Shown here piece after piece: positions 16,991 to 26,142 of a stretch of 52,349 bases of DNA. The DNA is taken from IMG/VR virus record IMGVR_UViG_3300037311_000024, positions 1-52,349 of that record, one strand, 5' to 3'. The stretch comes from a virus (Duplodnaviria > Heunggongvirae > Uroviricota > Caudoviricetes). The stretch's first letter is position 1. Each line of letters starts with the position of its first letter. The notes under the pieces were generated by a model. It saw only the letters and a program-made list of their open reading frames with translations, had not been told where the DNA came from and ran no database searches. The translations under genes and the position numbers were made by a program.

Positions 16991-19276
16991 TTAAAGCTCT
17001 TTAACTGTGAAGCTTCTATTACCACCTACCATAGTAGATGTTCCGGAACTTGTTCTCCAGTAAACGTCAAGCTTATGAGTGCCTGGGGGAAGATATGTTA
17101 TCAGCGAGTCGGCTAGGACTCCGGTAGCTCCAGCTGTATACGACATAAAGTTACGCTCGGAAGAAATTATAGATCCGTTAAGCGAGATGGACGCTATGGT
17201 TTGAACCCCCGCCACGCTACCGGATGCTGTTCCAGAGTAAGAGATCTCAAACCAACCGCCTTTAGAAGGTACGGTTAAGGACATGTCCACCATCGGTACT
17301 GAAGAAGTGCTTGTGGTGGTCGGGCTTGAGGTAATTGCGTTTGCTGTTGCCCTAAATTTTCTATCGGACGGATTCACACTAGCGTTTAGTACACGACGAT
17401 CTGCCATGGACATAGATCCGATAGGCAGCGAGTTTTGCAACTCGACCGCCGACTCAGAGTAGCTATGCGTAGGAGTAATGATGTCGAGCGTATTTACGAT
17501 CACGAAGCTGCTAGCGGTGTTGTTGTTGAACCTGACCGTGTAACGAGCTAGAGGCAATCCACTGATTCTTAATCCTGCGCCTACTGTGGTAGATGCGTCG
17601 TTCTGGTCAAGGGTCCCTGACGAGAACGTGACTCCAGTTCCGTAAACACTAGAAGCGAGCGTAGGGAAGTTAGCGGTAGTTGCAGCAAGGCCGTTGAGCG
17701 TTACGCTGATGTTTGTGGATCGGTTAGAAGACGCTCCGAACCTTAGCTCGAATCCAGTTCCGAAGAACGTGTGTTCAATGTATGAGTTAGTTCTATCCGA
17801 TCCAACTTCTACAAATCCGATCGCGCTTGTGTTGACGGTTACGGGAGAGTTAAAGTTCTGAGTTCCACCCGTTCCGTTTACGTAGATGAACTCTCGGCTG
17901 CATTGTTTTCTGAGAACTCCGGTAGCAATCGTATCAAGCCCCGCTGTCGCGTTAGCAACGAAGTCTGCCATGACGTTGTAGTCGGCTAGTTCGATAGCTC
18001 CAGCTGGGATGGAAGGTTTGCGAGGTTGATAAACGGTAAAACTTCTAAAAAAGATTCCTGGGAAAGAAACTCCGCTACGAGTAATTCTTACGACATGAGT
18101 TCCGTAAGGAAGACCAGACACTAACTTAGTGACTCGAGTACTAAGCGACTGAGTTGATATCGTACCTATACTAGATCCGTCCACAGACACCGTATAAGTG
18201 TCGATTGTGCCGCCTTGGTAGGTAATCTCTGCATCAAGACCAGTTCCCACGAAGGTTAAAGCTATAAAAGAAGTGTCTTGAAGTTGTATCGCTTCTCCGT
18301 TATTAGAAGGAGTTTGACCGACTAAAGTAGTGGTTCCGTCTTCTAAAGTAAAAAATCTACTAGAAGCGGAAGTTCCCAGCGTACTAAAGTCAGTGGACAG
18401 TCCCGCGCCAAACTCGCGAAAGTTATACACACGTGCGATCTCTTCGTTTGCGTGATCGGCTGCGGCGAGGTTCTGTTGAGTTGCGTTTACAGGTTGTACC
18501 GCAGACTGGATGCTTCCTGCAGACGCGAAGAGGACAACTCGTCCACCTCGAGATCCCGTAAGAGCTGTAGGCTTAGGAGGTAGTGTGACATCGCTTGCGT
18601 TGGTTACACGCCGTTGGTTCTGGATCAGAGAACCTTGAAGAACACGTACGTTGGTCGCTTCGTTTAGGATCTCAAAGCCCCAAGTGTTCATGTACTGAAC
18701 AGCTGTATGGTTCTTACGAATTCTTACCGTATGAACTCCGGGAGACAGGCCGGAAACTACGGGAAGAATTACGTTAGCGTTCGTGTTCAAACCGTAAAGA
18801 TTGATAGACCCACTTACAGCTGTAGCTGCTGTGATATTTGAGCCTTCAGCGCCTCCGTCTACGGACACGCGAACGTCCATAGAAGCTAGGCCTCCTGGAG
18901 CACACAACCAGTTAAGACTTGTTCCATAGAAGGTGATTTCGATGTATGAAGTGGTGTCGTTAGTAGCGCCTACTGCGCGGTCTACTCGAGCGCCTGAGTT
19001 ATCGTTCGAGTTCTGCCAGTTTCCTACAAAGCGGATACGATCTTGTACTTCTCCGAGCGGAGCGTACACTCGTTCTCCGTTCGGACCAAACTCGTTCTGA
19101 AGAAGCTCAGCTCGATTGAACTGAACTCGCTCGACTCCGAACACCGCAGCCATAGATTTAGCTGGGTCTGGGATTCTTCGGCGATTAACGATCTGCGTAA
19201 AAGGCACGGCGATCGTAGACGCGTCCTGGAAGGAGACGTCTGGACTGCCTACGAAGTGTTTACCTAATGCCTTCAT
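16991..19276 (-). CDS. Tail fibre / receptor-binding protein 2 (761 aa, no N-terminal anchor region)
   Basis: Same three-repeat plus C-terminal domain architecture. It starts directly at the conserved IVNRRRIPD segment. Confidence 0.8.
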   Translation of the reverse strand: MKALGKHFVGSPDVSFQDASTIAVPFTQIVNRRRIPDPAKSMAAVFGVERVQFNRAELLQNEFGPNGERVYAPLGEVQDRIRFVGNWQNSNDNSGARVDRAVGATNDTTSYIEITFYGTSLNWLCAPGGLASMDVRVSVDGGAEGSNITAATAVSGSINLYGLNTNANVILPVVSGLSPGVHTVRIRKNHTAVQYMNTWGFEILNEATNVRVLQGSLIQNQRRVTNASDVTLPPKPTALTGSRGGRVVLFASAGSIQSAVQPVNATQQNLAAADHANEEIARVYNFREFGAGLSTDFSTLGTSASSRFFTLEDGTTTLVGQTPSNNGEAIQLQDTSFIALTFVGTGLDAEITYQGGTIDTYTVSVDGSSIGTISTQSLSTRVTKLVSGLPYGTHVVRITRSGVSFPGIFFRSFTVYQPRKPSIPAGAIELADYNVMADFVANATAGLDTIATGVLRKQCSREFIYVNGTGGTQNFNSPVTVNTSAIGFVEVGSDRTNSYIEHTFFGTGFELRFGASSNRSTNISVTLNGLAATTANFPTLASSVYGTGVTFSSGTLDQNDASTTVGAGLRISGLPLARYTVRFNNNTASSFVIVNTLDIITPTHSYSESAVELQNSLPIGSMSMADRRVLNASVNPSDRKFRATANAITSSPTTTSTSSVPMVDMSLTVPSKGGWFEISYSGTASGSVAGVQTIASISLNGSIISSERNFMSYTAGATGVLADSLITYLPPGTHKLDVYWRTSSGTSTMVGGNRSFTVKEL
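17951..18031. repeat. 81-bp exact direct repeat, copy 1 (copy 2 at 20711-20791)
   Basis: Identical sequence GTTAGCAACGAAGTCTGCC...GCGAGGTTGATA in fibres 2 and 3, encoding YQPRKPSIPAGAIELADYNVMADFVAN. The flanks diverge. Confidence 0.95.
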
Positions 19277-19319
19277 ACACTGATCCCTTCATTCTCGAGT
19301 TTAAGCCCGTCGGTCACCA

Positions 19320-19700
19320 TTACAGTCCGAGAGCTTCGTCGCTGACTTCAGAGTCAAGGCTAAGATACAACTTGCGCTCAACCGAGTCCATGTTTGCCCA
19401 GGTCTTCTCAAGCATTCCGATCTTCTTGAGTCGGATAGCTTCTGCACGAGCTTCAGACTGAGCCTGAACCTGTGCCCTAGACCTGTAGCTGACAACCATC
19501 TCATGTTGATCGTCGTCAAGCTCGTCCCACTTTGCGCGGATTGCGTCTTCTTGGGCCTGAGAGTCTTCGGTGAGATGCACCACACACTTGGAGTGCGCAG
19601 AAACACCAGTACAGTCGCTGTTAGCTCTGCACCACTGCTCGAACGCGCTCAAGTTCACGTTGTGCGCTTTCCATTCCAGTTCTACGTTACGTTTGATCAT
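19320..19700 (-). CDS. Hypothetical protein, possible fibre assembly chaperone
   Basis: 126 aa between two fibre genes, with a strong AAGGAG RBS. Confidence 0.55.
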   Translation of the reverse strand: MIKRNVELEWKAHNVNLSAFEQWCRANSDCTGVSAHSKCVVHLTEDSQAQEDAIRAKWDELDDDQHEMVVSYRSRAQVQAQSEARAEAIRLKKIGMLEKTWANMDSVERKLYLSLDSEVSDEALGL

Positions 19701-19741
19701 TGATCGTCTCCTTCTTTGATCTTACCCTTATGGGTAACTTT

Positions 19742-22700
19742 TTACAATTCTTTGACTGTTAGTTGTCTAGTAGCTGACGAATCGTCTACGTTACTAGTAA
19801 ACTGTAATGTTCCAGTACTCGTTCTAAACTGAACCTGCAGATGGTGTACTCCTGGAGGTAGGTAGAATACCGCCTTATGAGTAAACTGGATCACAGAACC
19901 GATTGAAGGCGGTTGAGTGTAGGTAGGTTGTCCTACGGGAGATCCGTTCACCGTAAACCTGATGTAAGCAGCTCCGTTAGCGACGGTGCTGTATGCTCCG
20001 GTCAAGAAGTCAGCTTCAAACCAACCACCTTTAGACGGAATGATGATCTGAGTGTTCGGTACCGGTACGAAGCTGGTAGAGCTTGTCGAAGGGTTAGTTA
20101 GACCGTACGAAACCGCTCTAAACTTGCGCTGCTCTTGAAGATCGAGGATGCTGGTCTTACGAGTGTCTCTGATTCCGATGCTACCTACAGGCAGCGTGTT
20201 AGAGATGTCGAAAGGTTCCTCTGAAAGAGGGCTATGAACAGGGGTGATGACGTCAAGAGCTGCGACGTCCATAACGGCAGTTCCGCCAGAGTTCTGAGTA
20301 GCTCTGAAGGTGTAAAAACCTAACGGTAGTCCAGAAACTCTCAAAGTTCTTTCAGGTCCGTTGGTTGCGCTTTGTGACAAAACACCTGTTGCCGAGTTGA
20401 ACGTAGCCGGAGAAGTTACGCTGAAGGTAGCCGTCGGGAAGTTGGCAGTAGTTGCAGCAAGACCGTTGATCGTGATCAGGTTGTTAGAGGAGTAGCTAGG
20501 ATCTGTGTAGAACCTAAACTCAAATCCAGTTCCGAAGAACGGAAGCTGAGCAAAAGATCCGTTTGCTACGGAGCCTCCGGCGGGAGTAAATCCACCTGAG
20601 TAGTTCTGAGGGGCAACAGAAGACATGCTCCAGCCGCCTTGATAAAAGAACTCTCTTACAGGGTACTTCCTAAGAACACCTGTCCCCATGGTGCCTAGAC
20701 CGGAGGTAGAGTTAGCAACGAAGTCTGCCATGACGTTGTAGTCGGCTAGTTCGATAGCTCCAGCTGGGATGGAAGGTTTGCGAGGTTGATAGACTATTAA
20801 TCTAGAGATGGAGCCGGAGTCAAAAGTACCGCCGCTCAAGCTAGCGTTTCTAATCCTAACCGTGTGGGTTCCATAAGGAAGGCCGGATACTGCTTTGTAC
20901 TGGATAGCTCGATCTAGTGCGCTTGGTGCTCCTCTAGTTCCTACGGACACGCCGTCTACTATGATCTCGAGCCTAGCGTTGGTCTCGTAATCTTCGATCA
21001 CGTAATCCAACCCGGTTCCTACGAACGTGATCATGAGAGAGTCTGTGGTGTTGGATAGGTAGATACCTTCCGCCCCAGAAAATAGGATAGAAGTTCCGGC
21101 GTTAGTTGCAGCTAAAGATGTGGTTCCGTCTTCTAGCGTGAAAGCTCGGTTAATGACAGAAGTTCCGGCGCTAAAATCATCGGAACGACCTGCGCCGAAC
21201 TCTCTAGGATTGTAGCTTCTTAATACTTCTTCATAGGTATGATCTGCCGATCCAAGATTACCCTGAGCAGAGTTTACCGCGTAGGCAGATTTACCGATCG
21301 TACCGTCAGATTTAAGATAGGTTACGACTCGAGCACCGCGTGCTCCCAATGTTCCTACCGAGGCTCCTTCGCGAGTGATCGAGTCAAACGTAGCACTTGG
21401 TGAGATGTTCTGGGCAGATGCTAGTGCAACTTTTCTTCCGGAAGCAAAGGCTGAGCCGGGTCGTACGTTAATGTTTGCGGATTCGTTAAGAATCTCGAAA
21501 CCATAGAAGTACATCCCGTTAGCCGAGTTGCTTCTGATCTTTACCGTGTGAAGTCCGAGAGCAAGGTTCGAGGTGATCGGTACTATCGTGTTAGCAGAGT
21601 AGTTTCTGTTATAAAGAACTCCAGATATAGAAGCTGGGTTGATGTTAGCTCCTTCGGCTCCACCATCCACAGAAACTCTATAGTCACGAGTTGTAGAATC
21701 TAGTCCCATCAAAGCGTTCAAACCCGTTCCGTAGAAGGTAACTTCTACGTAATCGTTGATCGTGGATACGGTTCCGGCTCGCTGACCAGTTGCTCCAGCG
21801 AAAGTCGACCAAGTTCCTACGAACCTGATCTGGTCGGTATTGTCGTTTACAGGCTTCCAAACTGCTTCACCTTGTGCTCCAAACTCGTCCTGTACTAGTG
21901 CGATCTGGTTTACGTGAACACGACGAACGCCCATGCGAGCGGAGAGGTTGTTAGCCAGGTCTGGAATTCGTCTGCGATTTACGATGGCAGTAAACGGTAC
22001 GGCTACTGTTGCCGACTGGTCTACGAGACCATCGATACCAGAAGCGATCATGAGTTGTTGAAGCGAGCTGATGTTCGAAGCGTTTACGCTGGTGTTGTCG
22101 ATGACGCCTACGGTGCGTTTGATCAGGAGCGAGAGTCCAAGACCGCTGTAGTCGCTGTCAAGCTCGATGACGCTGTCAGAAACTTCAACGTAGTAAGCGT
22201 CTGCGGTGATCGTAGAGTCTACGAAGCGAGGAAGAAGCTTACCGTCAAGGTAAACTTCCAGAGAACCTTGCGCCTGTCCTGCGCTGATTCCTACAGGGTA
22301 GCTCCAGCTAAGCTGAACTCGAGTCTTTCCTGACGAGGAAGAAACAGAGCAGTTTAGTTCAGTTCCGCTTCCGTCGGTTAAGCAGTACGCCTGGTTAAGA
22401 ACGTCGCCTGAGGTAGCAAAGGCTTCTTCGTGTAAGAAAACCTTATAGTCAAGAAGGTTTACGAAACCGCTTCCAGAGGACTTGTTCGAGAAGAATCGAA
22501 AGCGAGCTTGAGAACCAGCAACGGGTACAGACTGGATGGACTCGTCAGTAGTCAGGTCGGTCACTCGGGTGAGCACGCTCGAGAACGTAGAGTTGTCTGC
22601 GGAGGCTTGGTACGCGACGAGCGGTGTGACGCCTTCATCGAAGATGATGTCTCCGTCAGCTTCAGAGTCACGGTAGAACATCAAGAAGCTGGAGAGGTTA

Positions 22701-23719
22701 TCAGAGATAACGTCGTTGATAGCAAGTCCTTCACCAGACGCGTCGAAGTCTCTGAGGTCTACCGTGTGAACCGCTTGCGATACGGTACATGCAGCGGAAG
22801 ATAGGTTAGAGCTGAAAGCTGATTCTAAGGTATAAGAGGTCTGAGAAGAGATCGAAGCGATCCTACGAGCCTCGGTTCCGGAGCGAACGATGTCACCAGC
22901 TTTAACCGTAAAGGTCGGAGCTGCGGACATGGTAGCTGCGGTACCAGTAGTGCTGACAGTCTTAGTAGCGTCGTAAGCAAGTCTGAAGTATTCGGAAACG
23001 ACTGAGTACAGGCTTCCGTCGGTGAAGCCAGCGGTTTGGTTGACCGCATCGACGTCAGAGAAGTCTTCTCCGAAGCTAGCCTTGAAACGAAGGGTTCCGA
23101 GATCATCCCCGAGACCAGACCCAGAAGTTGAAGAACCGCCACCAGCTCCTGCGCCGAAACGATAGATCTGTGCGTTCTCGATGATGTTGGTAACCGAACC
23201 TGCGGTCTTAAAAAAGCCTGACGAGTTCGTACACTCAAGATCGATGTAACCAAGCGGGATTCCAGAAGAAGCGAACAGGCTGCCAGCGTTAGCTAGTGCG
23301 CCTTGAGTTGCTGCTTCAGCTGAGAAGATGACTTGAATCTTGCCGGAGCCGATCAGGCTGAAACCTGCTCTTCGGAACTGTCCCACGGTGTTTGACACCG
23401 GCCAGGTGATTACGAAGTCGGCTACGTTAGATAGTGCTTGAGTTTGAAAGTTGATGAAAGCGCCGGAGAGTGCGGTGAACACCTGCTTCTTGACGGGAGA
23501 AGCTACTCGCTTAGCTCCGTCGGCTACGGTGATCTGAGAGTCAGCAAAGTTGAGTCTGGCGTCTGCGGTAGGGAAAGATGCGTGTAGGCGTAGAGGTGCT
23601 TCAACCTCCAGCGCGATCTTAGCGTTTAGATCGGACTGGACAGTACCGGCCACAGCTCCGAGTTGTTTCAGAGCTGAACGGTTGATAACTTGCCTTGAAG
23701 CTGGTCTGGTTAATGGCAT
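19742..23719 (-). CDS. Tail fibre / receptor-binding protein 3 (1325 aa)
   Basis: A long N-terminal region followed by the same three repeats and C-terminal domain as fibres 1 and 2. Confidence 0.8.
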   Translation of the reverse strand: MPLTRPASRQVINRSALKQLGAVAGTVQSDLNAKIALEVEAPLRLHASFPTADARLNFADSQITVADGAKRVASPVKKQVFTALSGAFINFQTQALSNVADFVITWPVSNTVGQFRRAGFSLIGSGKIQVIFSAEAATQGALANAGSLFASSGIPLGYIDLECTNSSGFFKTAGSVTNIIENAQIYRFGAGAGGGSSTSGSGLGDDLGTLRFKASFGEDFSDVDAVNQTAGFTDGSLYSVVSEYFRLAYDATKTVSTTGTAATMSAAPTFTVKAGDIVRSGTEARRIASISSQTSYTLESAFSSNLSSAACTVSQAVHTVDLRDFDASGEGLAINDVISDNLSSFLMFYRDSEADGDIIFDEGVTPLVAYQASADNSTFSSVLTRVTDLTTDESIQSVPVAGSQARFRFFSNKSSGSGFVNLLDYKVFLHEEAFATSGDVLNQAYCLTDGSGTELNCSVSSSSGKTRVQLSWSYPVGISAGQAQGSLEVYLDGKLLPRFVDSTITADAYYVEVSDSVIELDSDYSGLGLSLLIKRTVGVIDNTSVNASNISSLQQLMIASGIDGLVDQSATVAVPFTAIVNRRRIPDLANNLSARMGVRRVHVNQIALVQDEFGAQGEAVWKPVNDNTDQIRFVGTWSTFAGATGQRAGTVSTINDYVEVTFYGTGLNALMGLDSTTRDYRVSVDGGAEGANINPASISGVLYNRNYSANTIVPITSNLALGLHTVKIRSNSANGMYFYGFEILNESANINVRPGSAFASGRKVALASAQNISPSATFDSITREGASVGTLGARGARVVTYLKSDGTIGKSAYAVNSAQGNLGSADHTYEEVLRSYNPREFGAGRSDDFSAGTSVINRAFTLEDGTTSLAATNAGTSILFSGAEGIYLSNTTDSLMITFVGTGLDYVIEDYETNARLEIIVDGVSVGTRGAPSALDRAIQYKAVSGLPYGTHTVRIRNASLSGGTFDSGSISRLIVYQPRKPSIPAGAIELADYNVMADFVANSTSGLGTMGTGVLRKYPVREFFYQGGWSMSSVAPQNYSGGFTPAGGSVANGSFAQLPFFGTGFEFRFYTDPSYSSNNLITINGLAATTANFPTATFSVTSPATFNSATGVLSQSATNGPERTLRVSGLPLGFYTFRATQNSGGTAVMDVAALDVITPVHSPLSEEPFDISNTLPVGSIGIRDTRKTSILDLQEQRKFRAVSYGLTNPSTSSTSFVPVPNTQIIIPSKGGWFEADFLTGAYSTVANGAAYIRFTVNGSPVGQPTYTQPPSIGSVIQFTHKAVFYLPPGVHHLQVQFRTSTGTLQFTSNVDDSSATRQLTVKEL
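20711..20791. repeat. 81-bp exact direct repeat, copy 2
   Basis: Base-by-base identical to 17951-18031. Confidence 0.95.
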
Positions 23720-23747
23720 CTTCTTATCCTATTCTTATTCTTACCTT

Positions 23748-23777
23748 ATATTACCACGTAGGGTCAAGAGCTTTCAA
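23748..23777 (-). promoter_or_regulatory. Promoter TTGAAA-N18-TAATAT (TGn extension) with a nested TTGACC
   Basis: -35 at 23772-23777 and -10 at 23748-23753. The purine-rich leader contains TAAGAATAAGAATAG. Confidence 0.55.
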
Positions 23778-24077
23778 CTAAGCGCCTCTGTCAACGCGGA
23801 ATCGGTAACGATCGTTTACCTCTAGGTTAAAAGTGAACTGAATCTGAGTTCTGGGGGGGCTTCCGACGTAGACGTAGTCTTCGACCGGTGTCGCTCGGAC
23901 CCCGTTCAGATACACTTCAAGCTCGTCATCTTCGTAGGTTTGTCCACCAGGTAGCGTTATGTTGGTACCAGCAGTGATAGGAGAAGCTACGTCAACGAAC
24001 TGGTCATAGATCGCTGGGTTGCCTGACTCCTCAAAACTGCGTAGGATACCGTTGACTATCCTGGTAAACTTTGCCAT
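23778..24077 (-). CDS. Small virion protein (stand-alone copy of a domain of the 778-aa protein)
   Basis: PITAGTNITLP...LEVYLNGV matches PITAGTNISLP...LEVFLNGV in 26143..28479. Confidence 0.75.
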   Translation of the reverse strand: MAKFTRIVNGILRSFEESGNPAIYDQFVDVASPITAGTNITLPGGQTYEDDELEVYLNGVRATPVEDYVYVGSPPRTQIQFTFNLEVNDRYRFRVDRGA

Positions 24078-24084
24078 TCAAACC

Positions 24085-25884
24085 TTAGTTTACACCAACT
24101 ACGTTGGGTTGGACAAGGATGCGGGTGGTAGTTTCTACCATACCAACTCGGGTTACCGCATGGTTAGCCGTAGAAGGTGCGGTTACCGAGAATGCTCCCG
24201 AAGCCGTCAAGAACACTGGTTTACCGATGTCAGCGGCTAGGAACGCGGAGTCGCTAGATCCAAGGTCATGAGATCCTAGGAGGGTTACGGTAACCGAATC
24301 TCCAGCGTTTACGGCTACCGTAGACATCACCACGCCGACAACGTAGAAGTTGTCAGCCGAGGTTGCGTCCCTGTCAGCCTTGTACACGCGTCCAGCAGAT
24401 TCGCCGCTTCGGGCCATCCTGACCAAAAAGGTCGTGTTGGCCGCCATGGATTCACCTGCGAGCATGTTCTTACGAACGGCTGGTGCTCTCTGAACCGCAA
24501 GCGCGGTGCCAGCTCCACCTGTAATAGTTGACTGATCTGCTACGTTGCTGTTAAGCTTGTCAGCGTTTACCGCACCGTTCTGGATCTTGGCCGTGATGAC
24601 CGAATCCGTAGCAAGATGAGTAGAACCGATGCCGAGAGCTTTAACTCGAAGCGCGTTCGCGTTTCGCTCGATCGTAGCGTCATCAACCTGAACAGCTAGG
24701 CCTGAAGCTCCGGAAGCGATTGCTCCAGCGGCGTCAAGCTTAGCTTTAAGCTCGTTAGAGCCGTTGATCTCAAGAGTTGGGTTAGAAGCTTCGAGCTTGA
24801 TCCTGAGCTGACCGCCAGCGTTGCCTGGGTTGGTAGACTCAAGGCCTGACACGGAAGCAAGATCGATAGTGATGGTCGATCCGCTGACGGTGATCATGTC
24901 ACCGCCGATCAAGCTTGCGATCGGGTTGTAGAAGTCAAACAGGATAGGGTCAGTGCCGAGAGTAGCTACTGCGCCGTACTGAACGTATACGCGTCCTTTG
25001 TTGACGGTACCGTTCTGAACAGGAACCCAAGCTCCGTTGATCTCGTCGATAGGAGACAGACTGTCGAAGTCCGTAGCGCGAGTCCACGCTCCAGCTGCTA
25101 CGACGTAGATACCGTTCTGAGAGGTTGTGGATTGATCCTTAACGAGAACTCGATCCCCTGCGATGACCGACTCTCCGTCGATAGTCTGAGTACCTGAAAG
25201 AGTGATGTTTCCAGTGGTAGCAGCTCGAACACCTTTCTTAGGAGCGAGTCCAAGGGCAACGGCATCGACGTAAGCTTTGGTGGCCGCGTCTTGTGCGGCT
25301 GTGGGGTCTGCCACGCTGGTAAGCTTAAATCCACCGAGAGACTGATCTGCCGTGAAAGCTACCGAACCATCACGTTGAATCGCTGTAGCAACCAAGCCAA
25401 GGTTGACGTCTGCGTCCGGCATGGTGATGGTGCGGACTGTAGAAGCTGAGATGGCCGAAGCTTGGAAAGCGATCTTCTTAGAAGGTGTGGCGTCGTCGCT
25501 GATGCGGAACACGTTATCCGCGAAGTCGGTTCCACCAGCGCTGGCGAGAGCTGTATCGATAGCTTCGAGGTGGGCTCGAACATGGTTCTGAGCGGGAGTA
25601 TAGTTAGTAGGGGTGGTGCCGATACCGATGCGCTCTGCGCCCATGGTGCCAGAGATCGATCCAAGCTCAGTCTCGGTAAAGTAGCGACCATCGTGCGTGT
25701 GGTACGTAGCGTCGACGTCTGAGCCGTTCTGAAGAGCGATCAGACGATCCAGGATAGTTTTCGTAAGCTCCGTAGGAGTCGAGGTACCAACCTTGAGGCT
25801 TCCGACTACCAGAGTATTCTGGGATATGTCGATGTTGCGTTGGACGCCATCGACTAATCTTGAGATTAGAGAAATATCAGCCAT
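24085..25884 (-). CDS. Virion fibre/decoration protein
   Basis: Contains the widespread phage fibre segment VRAATTGNITLSGTQTIDG...GDRVLVKDQ...NGIYVV...WTRATDFD, plus a beta-rich C-terminal domain. Confidence 0.8.
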   Translation of the reverse strand: MADISLISRLVDGVQRNIDISQNTLVVGSLKVGTSTPTELTKTILDRLIALQNGSDVDATYHTHDGRYFTETELGSISGTMGAERIGIGTTPTNYTPAQNHVRAHLEAIDTALASAGGTDFADNVFRISDDATPSKKIAFQASAISASTVRTITMPDADVNLGLVATAIQRDGSVAFTADQSLGGFKLTSVADPTAAQDAATKAYVDAVALGLAPKKGVRAATTGNITLSGTQTIDGESVIAGDRVLVKDQSTTSQNGIYVVAAGAWTRATDFDSLSPIDEINGAWVPVQNGTVNKGRVYVQYGAVATLGTDPILFDFYNPIASLIGGDMITVSGSTITIDLASVSGLESTNPGNAGGQLRIKLEASNPTLEINGSNELKAKLDAAGAIASGASGLAVQVDDATIERNANALRVKALGIGSTHLATDSVITAKIQNGAVNADKLNSNVADQSTITGGAGTALAVQRAPAVRKNMLAGESMAANTTFLVRMARSGESAGRVYKADRDATSADNFYVVGVVMSTVAVNAGDSVTVTLLGSHDLGSSDSAFLAADIGKPVFLTASGAFSVTAPSTANHAVTRVGMVETTTRILVQPNVVGVN

Positions 25885-25890
25885 TGTAAA

Positions 25891-26118
25891 TTACCCCTGC
25901 TTCTTACGAGTTGCCTTCTTCTTAGAAGGTTTCTGAAGTTCATGTTCAAGGACCAGCTGCATCTTAGCTGACATCCCGTAAACCTTAAGGAAAGCGTTAG
26001 CTTTCTCTACGGCTTCGTCTGCGATAGTTCGCATTCGTTTACCAATTTGCTCGGCTAAAACGTCCACCTGATCTGCGCTCATCTTGGTCACATCAAGCTT
26101 CTTTTCTCGCTGAATCAT
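25891..26118 (-). CDS. Hypothetical protein (75 aa)
   Basis: Fills the gap between structural genes and has a basic C-terminus. Confidence 0.65.
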   Translation of the reverse strand: MIQREKKLDVTKMSADQVDVLAEQIGKRMRTIADEAVEKANAFLKVYGMSAKMQLVLEHELQKPSKKKATRKKQG

Positions 26119-26142
26119 AGTATACCTTCCTAACCCTTATCC

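Noticed and set aside
19722-19737. TTACCC-TTAT-GGGTAA hairpin after fibre 3
   Set aside because: The 6-bp stem has no U-tract on the coding strand, which is too weak to call a terminator.
14298-23719. Diversity-generating retroelement acting on the fibre tips
   Set aside because: There is no reverse transcriptase in the window. The repeats are either exact or differ at all base types, not only at adenines, and all copies lie inside coding genes.
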